DNA of 64,000 nt from a virus (IMGVR_UViG_2706795030_000004:1-64000); one strand, 5' to 3'; counted from the stretch's first letter, positions 35,446-44,580 are shown. Translations and numbers: made by a program. The notes: generated by a model not told the origin, from the sequence alone.

Positions 35446-37935
35446 ATGAGCATCTTTGGTGATTTTGCGCCCCGCTACTGGAGCGCCGGGCTCCCCGTTA
35501 TTCCGCTCAAGAAGTGGAATGCCTTCGGCAAGGGAGCCGGCAAGGCCCCGATCCTCAACGAGTGGCAGAGCTACGCCGCGGTCATGCCGTCGGTGTCGAT
35601 GCAGCAGCTCTGGCTCGAGAGCTACCCCGACCACAACATCGGCCTCCCCTTCGGCCCGGCCTCCGGCCTGTGCGCCATCGACATTGACACGGAGGACGAG
35701 GAGCTCGTTCAGGTCATCCTCGACACGCTGCCGCAGTCTCCGTGGAAACGTGTCGGCAAGAAAGGCATGGGTCTCGTCTACCGCTGGAAGGGGCAACGAA
35801 ATTTTAAGCTTCGCGACAGCGAAAACAAGTCGATCGTCGAGTTCCTCGGCCAAGGCAACCAGATGGTCCTGCCGCCGTCGATCCACCCCGACACCGGAAA
35901 GCCCTACGAGGCCAACTGCGACCTGTGGGACGTCCTCGATCAGATCCCGGCGATCGACGAAGACATCGAGCAGGACCTGCGCGACGCGCTCGGCGACGTG
36001 CTCAAGTCCCGCGGCGGCGGCATCACGCTGGCGCAGGGCGTCCGCTCCCGCCCGCTCGACGTAATCCCGCAGGGCGAGCGCGATATCCAGATGGTCCGCC
36101 ACGCTGGGTATCTTGCCCGCGTCGTGCTCGGGATCGACCGGACGACCAAGTACGGCTTGGCCGAGGCGATCGAGCACATGACGACGTGGGTGCTCGACTT
36201 CACGGCGAGCGCGGCTGGCGACGACATGGACCCCGGCAAGGGCGTTGCGAAGCTGCTCGAGTTTCTCCTGAAGGACGTCGAGGGCGGACGCACGCTTCCC
36301 GACGGGTGGGACGTGGGCCTCTCCGACGAGCAGCGCGACTGGGCCGTCATCAAGGCACTCATCGAGAAGAACCAGGTTCAGCGCTGGACCCTCACCAAGG
36401 CGCGCGACTGGATCGACGCCCGCGCGGCCGAGGACCCCGAGGACACCGACCGGCTCGTTTCGAAGATCGGGGAACTGTTCCTCGAGGTCGGCAAGGACGA
36501 CAATTTCGGCTCGCTCGAGAGCGACGGGCTCATCAACTACGTCAAGAGCCGCTTCGGCAAGGAGACTGGGATCGGCAAGCCCGCGCTCGCCCGGATGCTG
36601 AAAGAGGCCCGGCAGGAGTCGAGCGGCGACGGCGAAATGGCCGCCGACCACGAGAGCATCGCGCGCGAGGTGATCGAGGAAATGAGCCGCGGTGGTGAGC
36701 TTCGCTTCTCGCAGGGCTGCTTCTGGCAGTGGGGCGGGTCCTGCTTCGGACAGGTCGATCACGAGGACGTCTACGTGGCGGTTGCGACGGGGGTGAAGGG
36801 AAATATCCTGTCCCGGCGCCACAACGACTATGAGGCGATCGTCAAAACGATCTCGCGGCTGTGTCGCTCCGAGCTCATCGAGGAATATGAGATCGGGATC
36901 AACTTCGCGAACGGCTTCCTCGACAGCGGCGGCGTGCTCCACGACCACTCGCCGAAGTACGGCAAGACCTTCACCATGCCGTTCAACTACGTGCCCGAAC
37001 GCGCGGGTGAGGCCCACAAGTGGCTCGCCTATCTCGAGAGCGCATGGGGCGACGACGAGGACTATGCCGAGAAGGTGATGGCGCTTCAGGAAGCGTTTGC
37101 CGCCACGATGTTCGGGATCGCTCCGCGGTTTCAGCGCGCCTTCCTGCTCTACGGGAAGGCGAAGACCGGAAAGTCACAGGCCCTTGAGGTGCTGCAGGCG
37201 ATGATGCCTCCAAAGGCGATCTGCGCCCTGTCTCCGGAGCGCTGGGGCCAGCGGTTCCAACTCTCCGGGATGGTCGGCCGCACGTTGAACGTGTGCGGGG
37301 AGCTTCCCGAGGAGACGGTCATCGACGGCAAGGCGTTCAAGGAAGTGGTCGAAGGCGCAACCCAGAGCACCGAGTTCAAGGGCCGCGACGGTTTCACCTT
37401 CGCTCCCATCGCGGCACACTGGTTCGCCTCCAACCATCTGCCGCGATCGCGCGACACGTCGATGGGCTTCGTCCGCCGCTGGCAGATATTCGACTTCGAG
37501 AAGGTCGTGCCGGCGGAAGAGCGCATTCCCGACTATCATGAGGTGCTCGTGGCCGAGGAGCGGGAGGCGATCGCGGCATGGGCGGTGCAGGGTCTGGCGC
37601 GCCTGCTCCGGCAGAACGACTATACCCAGCCCAAGAGCCACCTAGCGCGGCTCGACCAGATCCAGCGCGCGAACAACAGCGTCGCCGCGTGGCTCCAGTC
37701 GAACGACAAGGTGCGCCCGACCGAGAGCATGGAGGATGCAGCGGACGCGCGCGAGTGCTTCGACCAGTATGTCTTCTACATGCGGGAGGTTTCCCGGGGC
37801 TTCAACGTCACTTTCGAGCGATTTCTGCAGATGATGGAGGAGCTGGGCTACCCGCAGGTCCCGTACGAGGACAAGGCCGGGGTCAAGCGGGCGATGTTCC
37901 GAAAAGTCCGGATCAAGGCACTCGGCGAAGTCTAG
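35446..37935 (+). CDS. Bifunctional primase-polymerase fused to D5-like SF3 helicase
   Basis: Prim-Pol N-terminus (GLPVIPL, NIGL, AIDID, VLPPSIHPDTGKPY); Walker A GKAKTGKS; FASNHLP. Confidence 0.92.
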   Translation: MSIFGDFAPRYWSAGLPVIPLKKWNAFGKGAGKAPILNEWQSYAAVMPSVSMQQLWLESYPDHNIGLPFGPASGLCAIDIDTEDEELVQVILDTLPQSPWKRVGKKGMGLVYRWKGQRNFKLRDSENKSIVEFLGQGNQMVLPPSIHPDTGKPYEANCDLWDVLDQIPAIDEDIEQDLRDALGDVLKSRGGGITLAQGVRSRPLDVIPQGERDIQMVRHAGYLARVVLGIDRTTKYGLAEAIEHMTTWVLDFTASAAGDDMDPGKGVAKLLEFLLKDVEGGRTLPDGWDVGLSDEQRDWAVIKALIEKNQVQRWTLTKARDWIDARAAEDPEDTDRLVSKIGELFLEVGKDDNFGSLESDGLINYVKSRFGKETGIGKPALARMLKEARQESSGDGEMAADHESIAREVIEEMSRGGELRFSQGCFWQWGGSCFGQVDHEDVYVAVATGVKGNILSRRHNDYEAIVKTISRLCRSELIEEYEIGINFANGFLDSGGVLHDHSPKYGKTFTMPFNYVPERAGEAHKWLAYLESAWGDDEDYAEKVMALQEAFAATMFGIAPRFQRAFLLYGKAKTGKSQALEVLQAMMPPKAICALSPERWGQRFQLSGMVGRTLNVCGELPEETVIDGKAFKEVVEGATQSTEFKGRDGFTFAPIAAHWFASNHLPRSRDTSMGFVRRWQIFDFEKVVPAEERIPDYHEVLVAEEREAIAAWAVQGLARLLRQNDYTQPKSHLARLDQIQRANNSVAAWLQSNDKVRPTESMEDAADARECFDQYVFYMREVSRGFNVTFERFLQMMEELGYPQVPYEDKAGVKRAMFRKVRIKALGEV

Positions 37936-38249
37936 AGACAGTCACGCGCCTTCTTTTCGAGGCGGGTATTGCGAAGGAGGACGGTCACGCCGTCCTCCTT
38001 TTTTATGATCTCCACCACATCGCCGGTCTGCCAAACAATCAGGCCGCGGTTCGGCGTCTCGGGCGGCCGGTACGCCGTGGCGAGCGGCGCGTAATCGATC
38101 AGCAGGAGGCACCGCTCCACGACGTGGATAGGTTTGGCTGACGAGAGCGCTACGACCGGCGCTCGCGCGAGCTCCTGGCTGAGATTTCGGGCCTGCGCCG
38201 GCACGGAGCTGAGGATCAGGGCGGTGGCTAGGACGAGATAGTTGCGCAT
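37932..38249 (-). CDS. Secreted hypothetical protein, counter-oriented (moron-like)
   Basis: Signal peptide MRNYLVLATALILSSVPAQA, two Cys, stop overlaps the primase stop. Confidence 0.7.
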   Translation of the reverse strand: MRNYLVLATALILSSVPAQARNLSQELARAPVVALSSAKPIHVVERCLLLIDYAPLATAYRPPETPNRGLIVWQTGDVVEIIKKEDGVTVLLRNTRLEKKARDCL

Positions 38250-38537
38250 GTCGTGAAGGATGCCCTCGACGTAATAATATTACAAGCGGAAATTTTCAAA
38301 ATTTCCCGGGGAGAGAGAAGGGATAATGGCCCCCTCACGACTAAAAAATGACGTAAAATCAGCGTGTTACCCTTCATGCAACTTAGGAGCGAACGCCTGG
38401 GCGAAGTCTGTATCAAGGGGGTGGGCCGGGGGCCGGTCCTTGCGAAGTGCGCTTCGCCGGATGCTGCCCTATGCCCCCCGTCTATCTGCCGCCCCTCTCC
38501 GGGGCAGGGAGACGTGCGTTCAAATTCCGGGGAGAAA

Positions 38538-38555
38538 TTTGGGTATTTACCCAAA
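38538..38555. promoter_or_regulatory. TGGGTAATTACCCA palindrome (1 mismatch)
   Basis: TTTGGGTATTTACCCAAA just upstream of the RBS of gene 38576. Confidence 0.65.
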
Positions 38556-38575
38556 ATTTTGAAGGGAAATTGGTT

Positions 38576-39241
38576 ATGTTTACTTTTGACGCGGTCGCCC
38601 TCGGTGCGGACATTCGCAAGCTTCGCGAGAACGGCGTTGCTGTTGCGAACAAGAGCGATGACGTGGCGCGCATGGCGCTTGGTGGCCTCAAGGCTGGCAA
38701 CGTGACGCAATCCGCGCTCACGGTTACCGTTCTCGCGGCGCATGGCAATCCCAAGACCCCCAAGGGCAAGGCGGTTGATAGCATTAATGGCCTTCGCTAT
38801 GCCAAGGGCGGCGAAGCGGCGCGCAATTGCTTCAAGGCAATCTTTGAGATTGACGACAATTTCAAGGCCTATGGCGAGAGCGTTCCGGCCATCGGCGAGG
38901 CCATTGACGCCTTTGTGACCAAGGCGGAAGGCGCGGCCAAGGGGGTTTACGCCCTTCGCGATAGCATCCGGGCGCTGGTCAAGGCGAAGCTTCAGGCGGA
39001 TGACCCCGCTAGCGCTGAGGCCGAAAAAGAGGCTGAGGCCGAAAAAGAGGCTGAGGGCAAAGCGCCGGCCCTCTCTCCGGTGGAGCACGCAAAGGGCGTT
39101 CTCGCCAGCGTTGCCGACTATATCGGCAAGCTTCCCGCCGACGTTCTGGCGGGCGTGCAAGGCGAGCTGGTCGCGGTAATGGCCGCGATTGAAACGGCAA
39201 GCGCCAGCCTTGCCCCGGTGGAGCACAAAGAGGCCGCATAA
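38576..39241 (+). CDS. Hypothetical Ala/Lys/Glu-rich protein, first gene of the early region
   Basis: 221 aa from ATG 38576; distinctive codon usage (ATT/GTT/CTT), EAEKEA tandem repeat. Confidence 0.8.
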   Translation: MFTFDAVALGADIRKLRENGVAVANKSDDVARMALGGLKAGNVTQSALTVTVLAAHGNPKTPKGKAVDSINGLRYAKGGEAARNCFKAIFEIDDNFKAYGESVPAIGEAIDAFVTKAEGAAKGVYALRDSIRALVKAKLQADDPASAEAEKEAEAEKEAEGKAPALSPVEHAKGVLASVADYIGKLPADVLAGVQGELVAVMAAIETASASLAPVEHKEAA

Positions 39242-39260
39242 AAGGCTGTCCCGCCCCCCT

Positions 39261-39292
39261 GCCCGGTTTTGGGTAATTACCCAAAACCGGGC
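39261..39292. repeat. Perfect 32-bp palindrome (operator and/or terminator)
   Basis: GCCCGGTTTTGGGTAA|TTACCCAAAACCGGGC followed by CTTTTT. Confidence 0.9.
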
Positions 39293-39322
39293 CTTTTTCC
39301 CCGCCACGAAAAGGGCAACGCC

Positions 39323-39817
39323 ATGTCGCAAATTCTTGACGACCTCGTGCGCGCGCAGCGCGTCCGCACCAACGCCGAGCAGCTCGCGCGCTGGACCGAT
39401 CCGACCCCTGACGGGCTCGAAGCAAGCCCGGGGTATATTCCGGGTTTTCGGGCGGCCCGAAACCGGCGACTTCCACGGCCCGAATTCCGCGAGATCAACC
39501 GCAAGATCCCGGTCGAGCAGCTGCGCCAGTCGATTGTCGAGGAACGCAAGGTCTTGCGCGCCATGCTTGAGGGCGCGGGCGTTGAAAGCCGCACCTACAA
39601 GCCCGACCCCTCGCTCCGCCCGAACAAGCCCTTTACCGCCATTTTCAAGCACAATGATGAATTGCGCCTGGACGCGACCCAGGAAGAGCGCGAGCGCCGC
39701 GCGCAGCAGCACGAAAACTGGGTAATTACCCAAAAAGCCGAGAATGCCCGCCTTGCCGCGCTCAAGTTCGAGCGCATGGCCAACGCCTATCACAAGGCGA
39801 TGAACCCGGACGACTAA
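39323..39817 (+). CDS. Hypothetical protein
   Basis: 164 aa ORF with RBS; contains a third TGGGTAATTACCCA at 39719-39732. Confidence 0.7.
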   Translation: MSQILDDLVRAQRVRTNAEQLARWTDPTPDGLEASPGYIPGFRAARNRRLPRPEFREINRKIPVEQLRQSIVEERKVLRAMLEGAGVESRTYKPDPSLRPNKPFTAIFKHNDELRLDATQEERERRAQQHENWVITQKAENARLAALKFERMANAYHKAMNPDD

Positions 39818-39834
39818 GTCCCTGACAATCTGAA

Positions 39835-39876
39835 ACAAATCACCCCGGAGCGGCACCGCTTTCCGGGGTGATTTGT
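39835..39876 (+). terminator. Strong hairpin / terminator
   Basis: 15-bp arms ACAAATCACCCCGGA / TCCGGGGTGATTTGT. Confidence 0.7.
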
Positions 39877-39900
39877 CGTGCGCGTCGCGCACGCATTCAC

Positions 39901-39917
39901 AAGTCGCTGTGCGACTT
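39901..39917. promoter_or_regulatory. AAGTCGC-N3-GCGACTT box (perfect)
   Basis: AAGTCGCTGTGCGACTT, 39 nt before the ATG at 39940. Confidence 0.85.
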
Positions 39918-39939
39918 CCCATCGAAGGAGAGACGAATC

Positions 39940-41776
39940 ATGCCTGTTTGGAACATTCTTCAACTCGACCTCGGAGCGCTCCCTGAAACCCGGCGCTTCG
40001 CGGCTCAGGGTTTCACCATCCTTCCGGCCGCGTGCCGTGACGGGGTCGTCGGTCTTTTGAACGCGGCGACCGGTCAGCAGCTGCGCGTCCGCCTTTCCAA
40101 TGGGGAGATCCGTAATGTCTGATTTTGAGCTTGATATCGACTTCGCCGACGTCGTCGACGAGCCCGTAGACCTCGGCGAGACCAACTCGGAGGTTTTTGA
40201 GCGGCATCTTCGCTCGTTCAACGACCCCAGCCCGCGCTTTGCGCAGTCCCGCCTCGCCGAGGAAGCCGCCCTCTTCCAGGCCAATCTCATGGTCCGGGCC
40301 GGCCGCCAGGGCAAATATGAGGAAGCCGCGCGCATCTATGACCGCTTCGTCGCGACTTTCGAGCGCACCCGCCACCCCGACCTCAGCCTCAAGCGCGTCG
40401 TCAAGCGCCTCGGCCGGGACAAGGCACGTCTCGTGGGCGTGGACGAGCGCGTGATCGAGGACGCCATCCGTAATTGGAAGAGGTACGCGCTGTGATGCGC
40501 GTCCTGGGCCTCCTCGTGGTCGTGCTGGGGGTCGTCGTCGTGGCGGCCCCCATGCCTCTCGACGATCTTCTCGCAGCGTTCCTGCGCCTTCTCGGGGTCG
40601 TGGCGGTGCTCCTGGGCGTCTGGATCTTCACGACGCCCAACGCTGAGCCCCGCGACAAGTTCGAGGACTATGTCTTCGACCACGTCGACGCCGTGCGCGA
40701 CCTCTTCGACGACGCGCGGGACCGGCTCATGCGCGACGACGTCGCCAACATCGACGACCGGGTCTGCCGCCACGCCGAGGTCATTTTAGGGAGCAAATAC
40801 TATGCTTAGTTCACGCCAACGCATCGACGAGGAGAGGACTATCCCGCTCGAGCGCTACGCCGAGGACGGTTTTGCCAGCCGCTACGACTACCTCCTCGAC
40901 CTCGCCGACTGCTACGACCACGACATGGTCTTCATGCTGGCGGACCTCCTCGGCCCCGAGGAGGACTTCGACGGGCTGATCACGATGCTTGAGGATCAGT
41001 TCCTGTGAGCGACGCCGGCTCCGTCTCATCACCGACGACGCCAGGGCGTGGTGCGCCCGCCACCTCCCGGACGACGCCCCGATGTGGGGCAATTCCTACG
41101 CCGTCGAGCCGCGCTTCGTCGAGGATATTCTCGTCGGCATCCATGAGGAAGGATTGAGTTATGCGTGATAGTCCCTGGATCATTGTGGGCCTGCTCTGCT
41201 GGCCCCTCGCGCTCCTGCTCCACCTCTCCAACGACGACGACCACGACAAGGCCGAGGTCGTGGCGGAACCGCTCTACCAGTTCGAGGTCATCGACCGCGG
41301 CGACGTCTACGTCGTCGACTATGGCCTGACGCTGGAGGATTGCCAGAAGCTGAAGGGTGGATACTGCCGTGCTGTTCGATATGGATATCCTGTCCGGTAA
41401 CCAGGCCAGCCCCAAATTCCAGAGCGTCCTCTATCGGCGGAGGCTCGAGCGCGTCAATCCGTTCTGGGTCTACGAGTTCGGTGTGCTTTGCCAGACACCG
41501 GGCTTCCGCCCGCGAGACCTCATGATCCTGATGCCGGGGCTACGCCGCGACCAGATCGAGCGCGGCTTACGGGAAGTGGTCGTGCGCGAGGAGGACATCA
41601 GAAGGAATGTTGCCAGCGTGACCGAGGAAGATGCCGTGAAGTTCATGCAGCTGGGCGCGTTGCCGAGCTATTCGGTCGCACTTGTGCGATCTGGGGCCAC
41701 TGTTCATGGCGTCGATGCGCGGGTGCTTAGGCGAGCGAAACGGTCAGGAAGGCTGCTTTTCAAGGGCAAACATTAA
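39940..41776 (+). other. Cluster of small coupled hypothetical ORFs
   Basis: ORFs 39940-40122, 40115-40495, 40495-40809 (TM), 40802-41008 (acidic), 41161-41400 (TM), 41381-41776; overlapping start/stop codons. Confidence 0.7.
41005..41168 (+). pseudogene. Frameshifted small phage gene
   Basis: GTG 41005 frame gives MSDAGSV; the adjacent frame continues LITDDARAWCARHLPDDAPMWGNSYAVEPRFVEDILVGIHEEGL; the frames meet at about 41025. Confidence 0.45.
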
Positions 41777-42082
41777 CAATCGGGGCGGTTCGATTGCTCT
41801 ATGGAGAGTTTGTTTTGTGCTAGTCGCTGTGCGACTTGTTGGTGAGAGTGCCTATTTTTTAGGCAGTGCCTAAAAAATAGGCACTGGGGGGCGAGTAAGG
41901 AATTTTTGGATATTTCCATATCCTATCTAATATATTCCTATTCTCTACATTTGGTCTCTCTCTCTCTCTCTCTCTAAAAATATTTTTATATATAAGGGAT
42001 GTTAATATCCTAATAGAAGTCGCACAGCGACTAGCACAAAACAAACTCTCTATAGAGTTATTGAACACCCCCGATTGTTAAT
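41772..42082. repeat. 66-bp inverted repeats flanking an AT-rich core (putative replication origin or control region)
   Basis: 41772-41837 versus 42017-42082 match at 60/66 positions; core holds a 19-1-19 palindrome (41847-41885) and (TC)10 (41955-41975). Confidence 0.9.
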
Positions 42083-42091
42083 ATCCGAGTC

Positions 42092-42108
42092 AAGTCGCAC
42101 AGCGACTT
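42092..42108. promoter_or_regulatory. AAGTCGC-N3-GCGACTT box (perfect)
   Basis: AAGTCGCACAGCGACTT, 65 nt before the ATG at 42157; 1-mismatch copies at 41821 and 42017 end the inverted-repeat arms. Confidence 0.85.
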
Positions 42109-42156
42109 CTCCGTTCGCCCACGACAACGGCGACGACCAGCGCCACAACCTGGGCC

Positions 42157-42558
42157 ATGACGACCTACCCCTTCAAAGAGCTCACCACTCCCGGTGACAG
42201 CTTCCCCTTCCCGCCCGAGAAATACGCCTCGGTCCGCAGCGCTGCCAGCCAGTACGCCAAGCGCCACGGCGTCCGCCTGAAGATCCACCAGGGCCGGGTC
42301 TACCTGCGTCACCCGCAGGAAGTCGTTGCCCCCGCCCCTCAGGCGACCCCCCTGCCACCGTTCAGCCTCCACGACACCCTCGACGAGACCCTCCGCTCCC
42401 TCACCCGCCCCGGCGACGCCATTTCGATCCACTGCCCCCACTACCCCACCATGTGGCGGCGCCTCACCCGCGCCTGCCAGCGCCTTCTCCCGAACCGCCA
42501 CTTCAACTTCCGCAAAGTCCGCGGGGAGCCGGTCATCGTCATCACAAGGACCGCCTGA
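42157..42558 (+). CDS. Hypothetical protein with two tandem PGD-containing small domains (possible DNA-binding)
   Basis: YPFKELTTPGDSF...VRSAASQYAKRHG and LRSLTRPGDAI...RLTRACQRL. Confidence 0.75.
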   Translation: MTTYPFKELTTPGDSFPFPPEKYASVRSAASQYAKRHGVRLKIHQGRVYLRHPQEVVAPAPQATPLPPFSLHDTLDETLRSLTRPGDAISIHCPHYPTMWRRLTRACQRLLPNRHFNFRKVRGEPVIVITRTA

Positions 42559-42779
42559 TGCGCCTCGAGATCATCATTGAGCCCGACGACCGCCCGGTCC
42601 TTCGCCTGTTGCTGAAGAAGCTCCAGCCCGGAGACCAACTCATCCTCAAGACCCTCCCCGGTCACGGTGTCGTCAAACCCCGAAACCGCCTCAGCCGGGC
42701 GCTCCAACGCTCGCATCAAAAATTCAACGTCACCGTCGACCGCGAGATCGGCCGGATCATCTGTGAAAGGACCTCATGA
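42558..42779 (+). CDS. Hypothetical protein, third copy of the PGD domain
   Basis: LKKLQPGDQL...RNRLSRALQRS...RIICERT. Confidence 0.7.
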   Translation: MRLEIIIEPDDRPVLRLLLKKLQPGDQLILKTLPGHGVVKPRNRLSRALQRSHQKFNVTVDREIGRIICERTS

Positions 42780-43105
42780 TGCCCACCCGAACCATCACCA
42801 CCAAGTTCTGGACCATCCGCCAGAACAATAGCGGCGGCTACTTCGACGAAGACGCCTCCAGGGGTATCGGTCTCGCGCTTTGTGTCGAAGCCCTTGACCG
42901 CGACGATGCCGTGCGCCGGCTCGACGCCATCATCCAGGGCTACGACGACAGCGGCTCCTGTCCATGCTGCGGCCCTCGCTGGGACACCTACCTCTTCGAG
43001 GAAGGCACCGAAGAGCCCGAGACCCCTTACGGCGGCCGCCCCCTCGACTACGGCTACGTCCATTACATCGACGGGCGCATCGAAGCCCGCAACGAAGGAG
43101 CCTGA
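42776..43105 (+). CDS. Conserved phage hypothetical (QNNSGG...CPCCGxRW family)
   Basis: RQNNSGGYF and SCPCCGPRW motifs. Confidence 0.7.
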   Translation: MMPTRTITTKFWTIRQNNSGGYFDEDASRGIGLALCVEALDRDDAVRRLDAIIQGYDDSGSCPCCGPRWDTYLFEEGTEEPETPYGGRPLDYGYVHYIDGRIEARNEGA

Positions 43106-43166
43106 CCATGGGCCTCGACCGCTGCCTCGCCAAGCCCGAGTTCGACTACGAGTATCACTCGTCGTG

Positions 43167-43475
43167 GTGACCCTCGCTCAAGCCATCGACAACACCATCG
43201 CATGGCTCGAAACCGACCCGCTTGACCGCTGCAGGGGCAACCTCGCCGAGGACGAATACAACAACAGGGTAAACGTGCTCGACCCCCGCGCCTGCTACTG
43301 GTGCGCCCTCGGCTACCTCGCCCGCGAGCTCGAGCTCGACGCCTCCATCACCGACGAGGTCTGCGCGATCCTCCCCGACGTCCGGCTCGACGAAATCTGG
43401 GTCGACAACGACCGGAACCACCTCTCCCGCGTCATCCAGAACCTCCGCACCATCAAGGACCACATCCATGACTGA
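43167..43475 (+). CDS. DUF6197-like hypothetical protein
   Basis: ACYWCALGYL...IWVDND pattern; GTG 43167. Confidence 0.55.
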   Translation: MTLAQAIDNTIAWLETDPLDRCRGNLAEDEYNNRVNVLDPRACYWCALGYLARELELDASITDEVCAILPDVRLDEIWVDNDRNHLSRVIQNLRTIKDHIHD

Positions 43476-44580
43476 CAAAATCAACTGGGGTCCCGCGATC
43501 CCGACCCCCAACGGCCGCCCTTCGTGGTTGCTCGACACCGAAACTGTCGTCGACCTCCAGACCGCATCCGGCTGGCGCTGCTCCGAGCGCGGCGCAGGCA
43601 ATCCGGCCTACAACTGGTGCTGGCATGTCATCAAAGCCATCCGCCTCCCCGAGGGCCACGCCTACTACCTCGCAACCGACAAGGGCTTCACCTACTGGCC
43701 GGGCGGCGAGAGCGCGCCCGAGGACTATGACGGCGGCGAGATCCTTTACCGCGATGGCACCGTCTTCGACGACGCCGCGGATCGCAGCTGGGAGCACGCC
43801 CCGACCAGGAGCCGGTTCTATCCCGAATACGACATCATCGGCTACCGTCCCGCCGACCAGAAATACGGCGACCGCATCATCGTGAACGGGGTCGCCCCCG
43901 ACTGGCTCCGCGAAGACGACATCGGTCTCTTTGAAAACACGCCCGACGACTGGCTCGGAGAAAACGGCAAAACTCTCCTGTGGTGGGTATGGGGTGGCAA
44001 AGGAGACTGCCCGATCAGCATCCGCCTCCCCAAAGACCACCCCTACTACACGGTCCAGCGCTACAACCAGGAGCACGGCACCGACTTCGTCTACTGGCCG
44101 GGCGGTGATAACGCGCCGGCTGACTGGGACGGCAAGGAAGTTATCTTCCGTGACCGCACGCTGTGGAAGACACCCTCTCCATATGCCATTTGGGACCACC
44201 GCGGCAATTGCGCCGGCGACATCATTGGCTACCGCCGTGCCGTCGCCCCCGAAACCCCAACCCGGCGCGTCAAATACACCGGCATCTGGTCACCGGACCG
44301 GAGGGGCAAGACCGGCACAGTCACCGGCGACCCCACCGCGCTTCACGGCGGCGTCTGGGACGACGGCGAGATCTGGATCGGATATCTTGAGACCAATCTT
44401 ACCGATCTGGAAGAGGAAGACCCCGACACGGTCGAGATCAAGCGCATGACCGAGAGCGAGGCCCGAGCATTCTACGTCCGCAACGGAAGTCCCTTTCAAA
44501 GCGCCGAGACTAACCTCGTTCTCGTGCTCAAGGAGCTCGGCCTCATCAAGCCCGAGCCCACCGTCGAGGTTCGAGCGTGA
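43468..44580 (+). CDS. Hypothetical protein with internal duplication
   Basis: Two units each ending YWPGG..AP.D(Y/W)DG.E...RD...W.H...DIIGYR. Confidence 0.8.
   Translation: MTDKINWGPAIPTPNGRPSWLLDTETVVDLQTASGWRCSERGAGNPAYNWCWHVIKAIRLPEGHAYYLATDKGFTYWPGGESAPEDYDGGEILYRDGTVFDDAADRSWEHAPTRSRFYPEYDIIGYRPADQKYGDRIIVNGVAPDWLREDDIGLFENTPDDWLGENGKTLLWWVWGGKGDCPISIRLPKDHPYYTVQRYNQEHGTDFVYWPGGDNAPADWDGKEVIFRDRTLWKTPSPYAIWDHRGNCAGDIIGYRRAVAPETPTRRVKYTGIWSPDRRGKTGTVTGDPTALHGGVWDDGEIWIGYLETNLTDLEEEDPDTVEIKRMTESEARAFYVRNGSPFQSAETNLVLVLKELGLIKPEPTVEVRA

Noticed and set aside
39014-39056. 18-bp tandem repeat
   Set aside because: Simple in-frame duplication encoding AEAEKE; no spacers, not CRISPR-like.
38228-39922. 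564-aa minus-strand ORF, and similar long antisense ORFs (35395-37017, 29178-30860, 53741-54940)
   Set aside because: Shadow frames opposite well-supported genes in GC-rich DNA; no motifs or RBS.
39261-41885. N15-like telRL hairpin-telomere sites at the two perfect palindromes
   Set aside because: No protelomerase is recognisable in the window and an intact integrase is present; kept only as a minor alternative.
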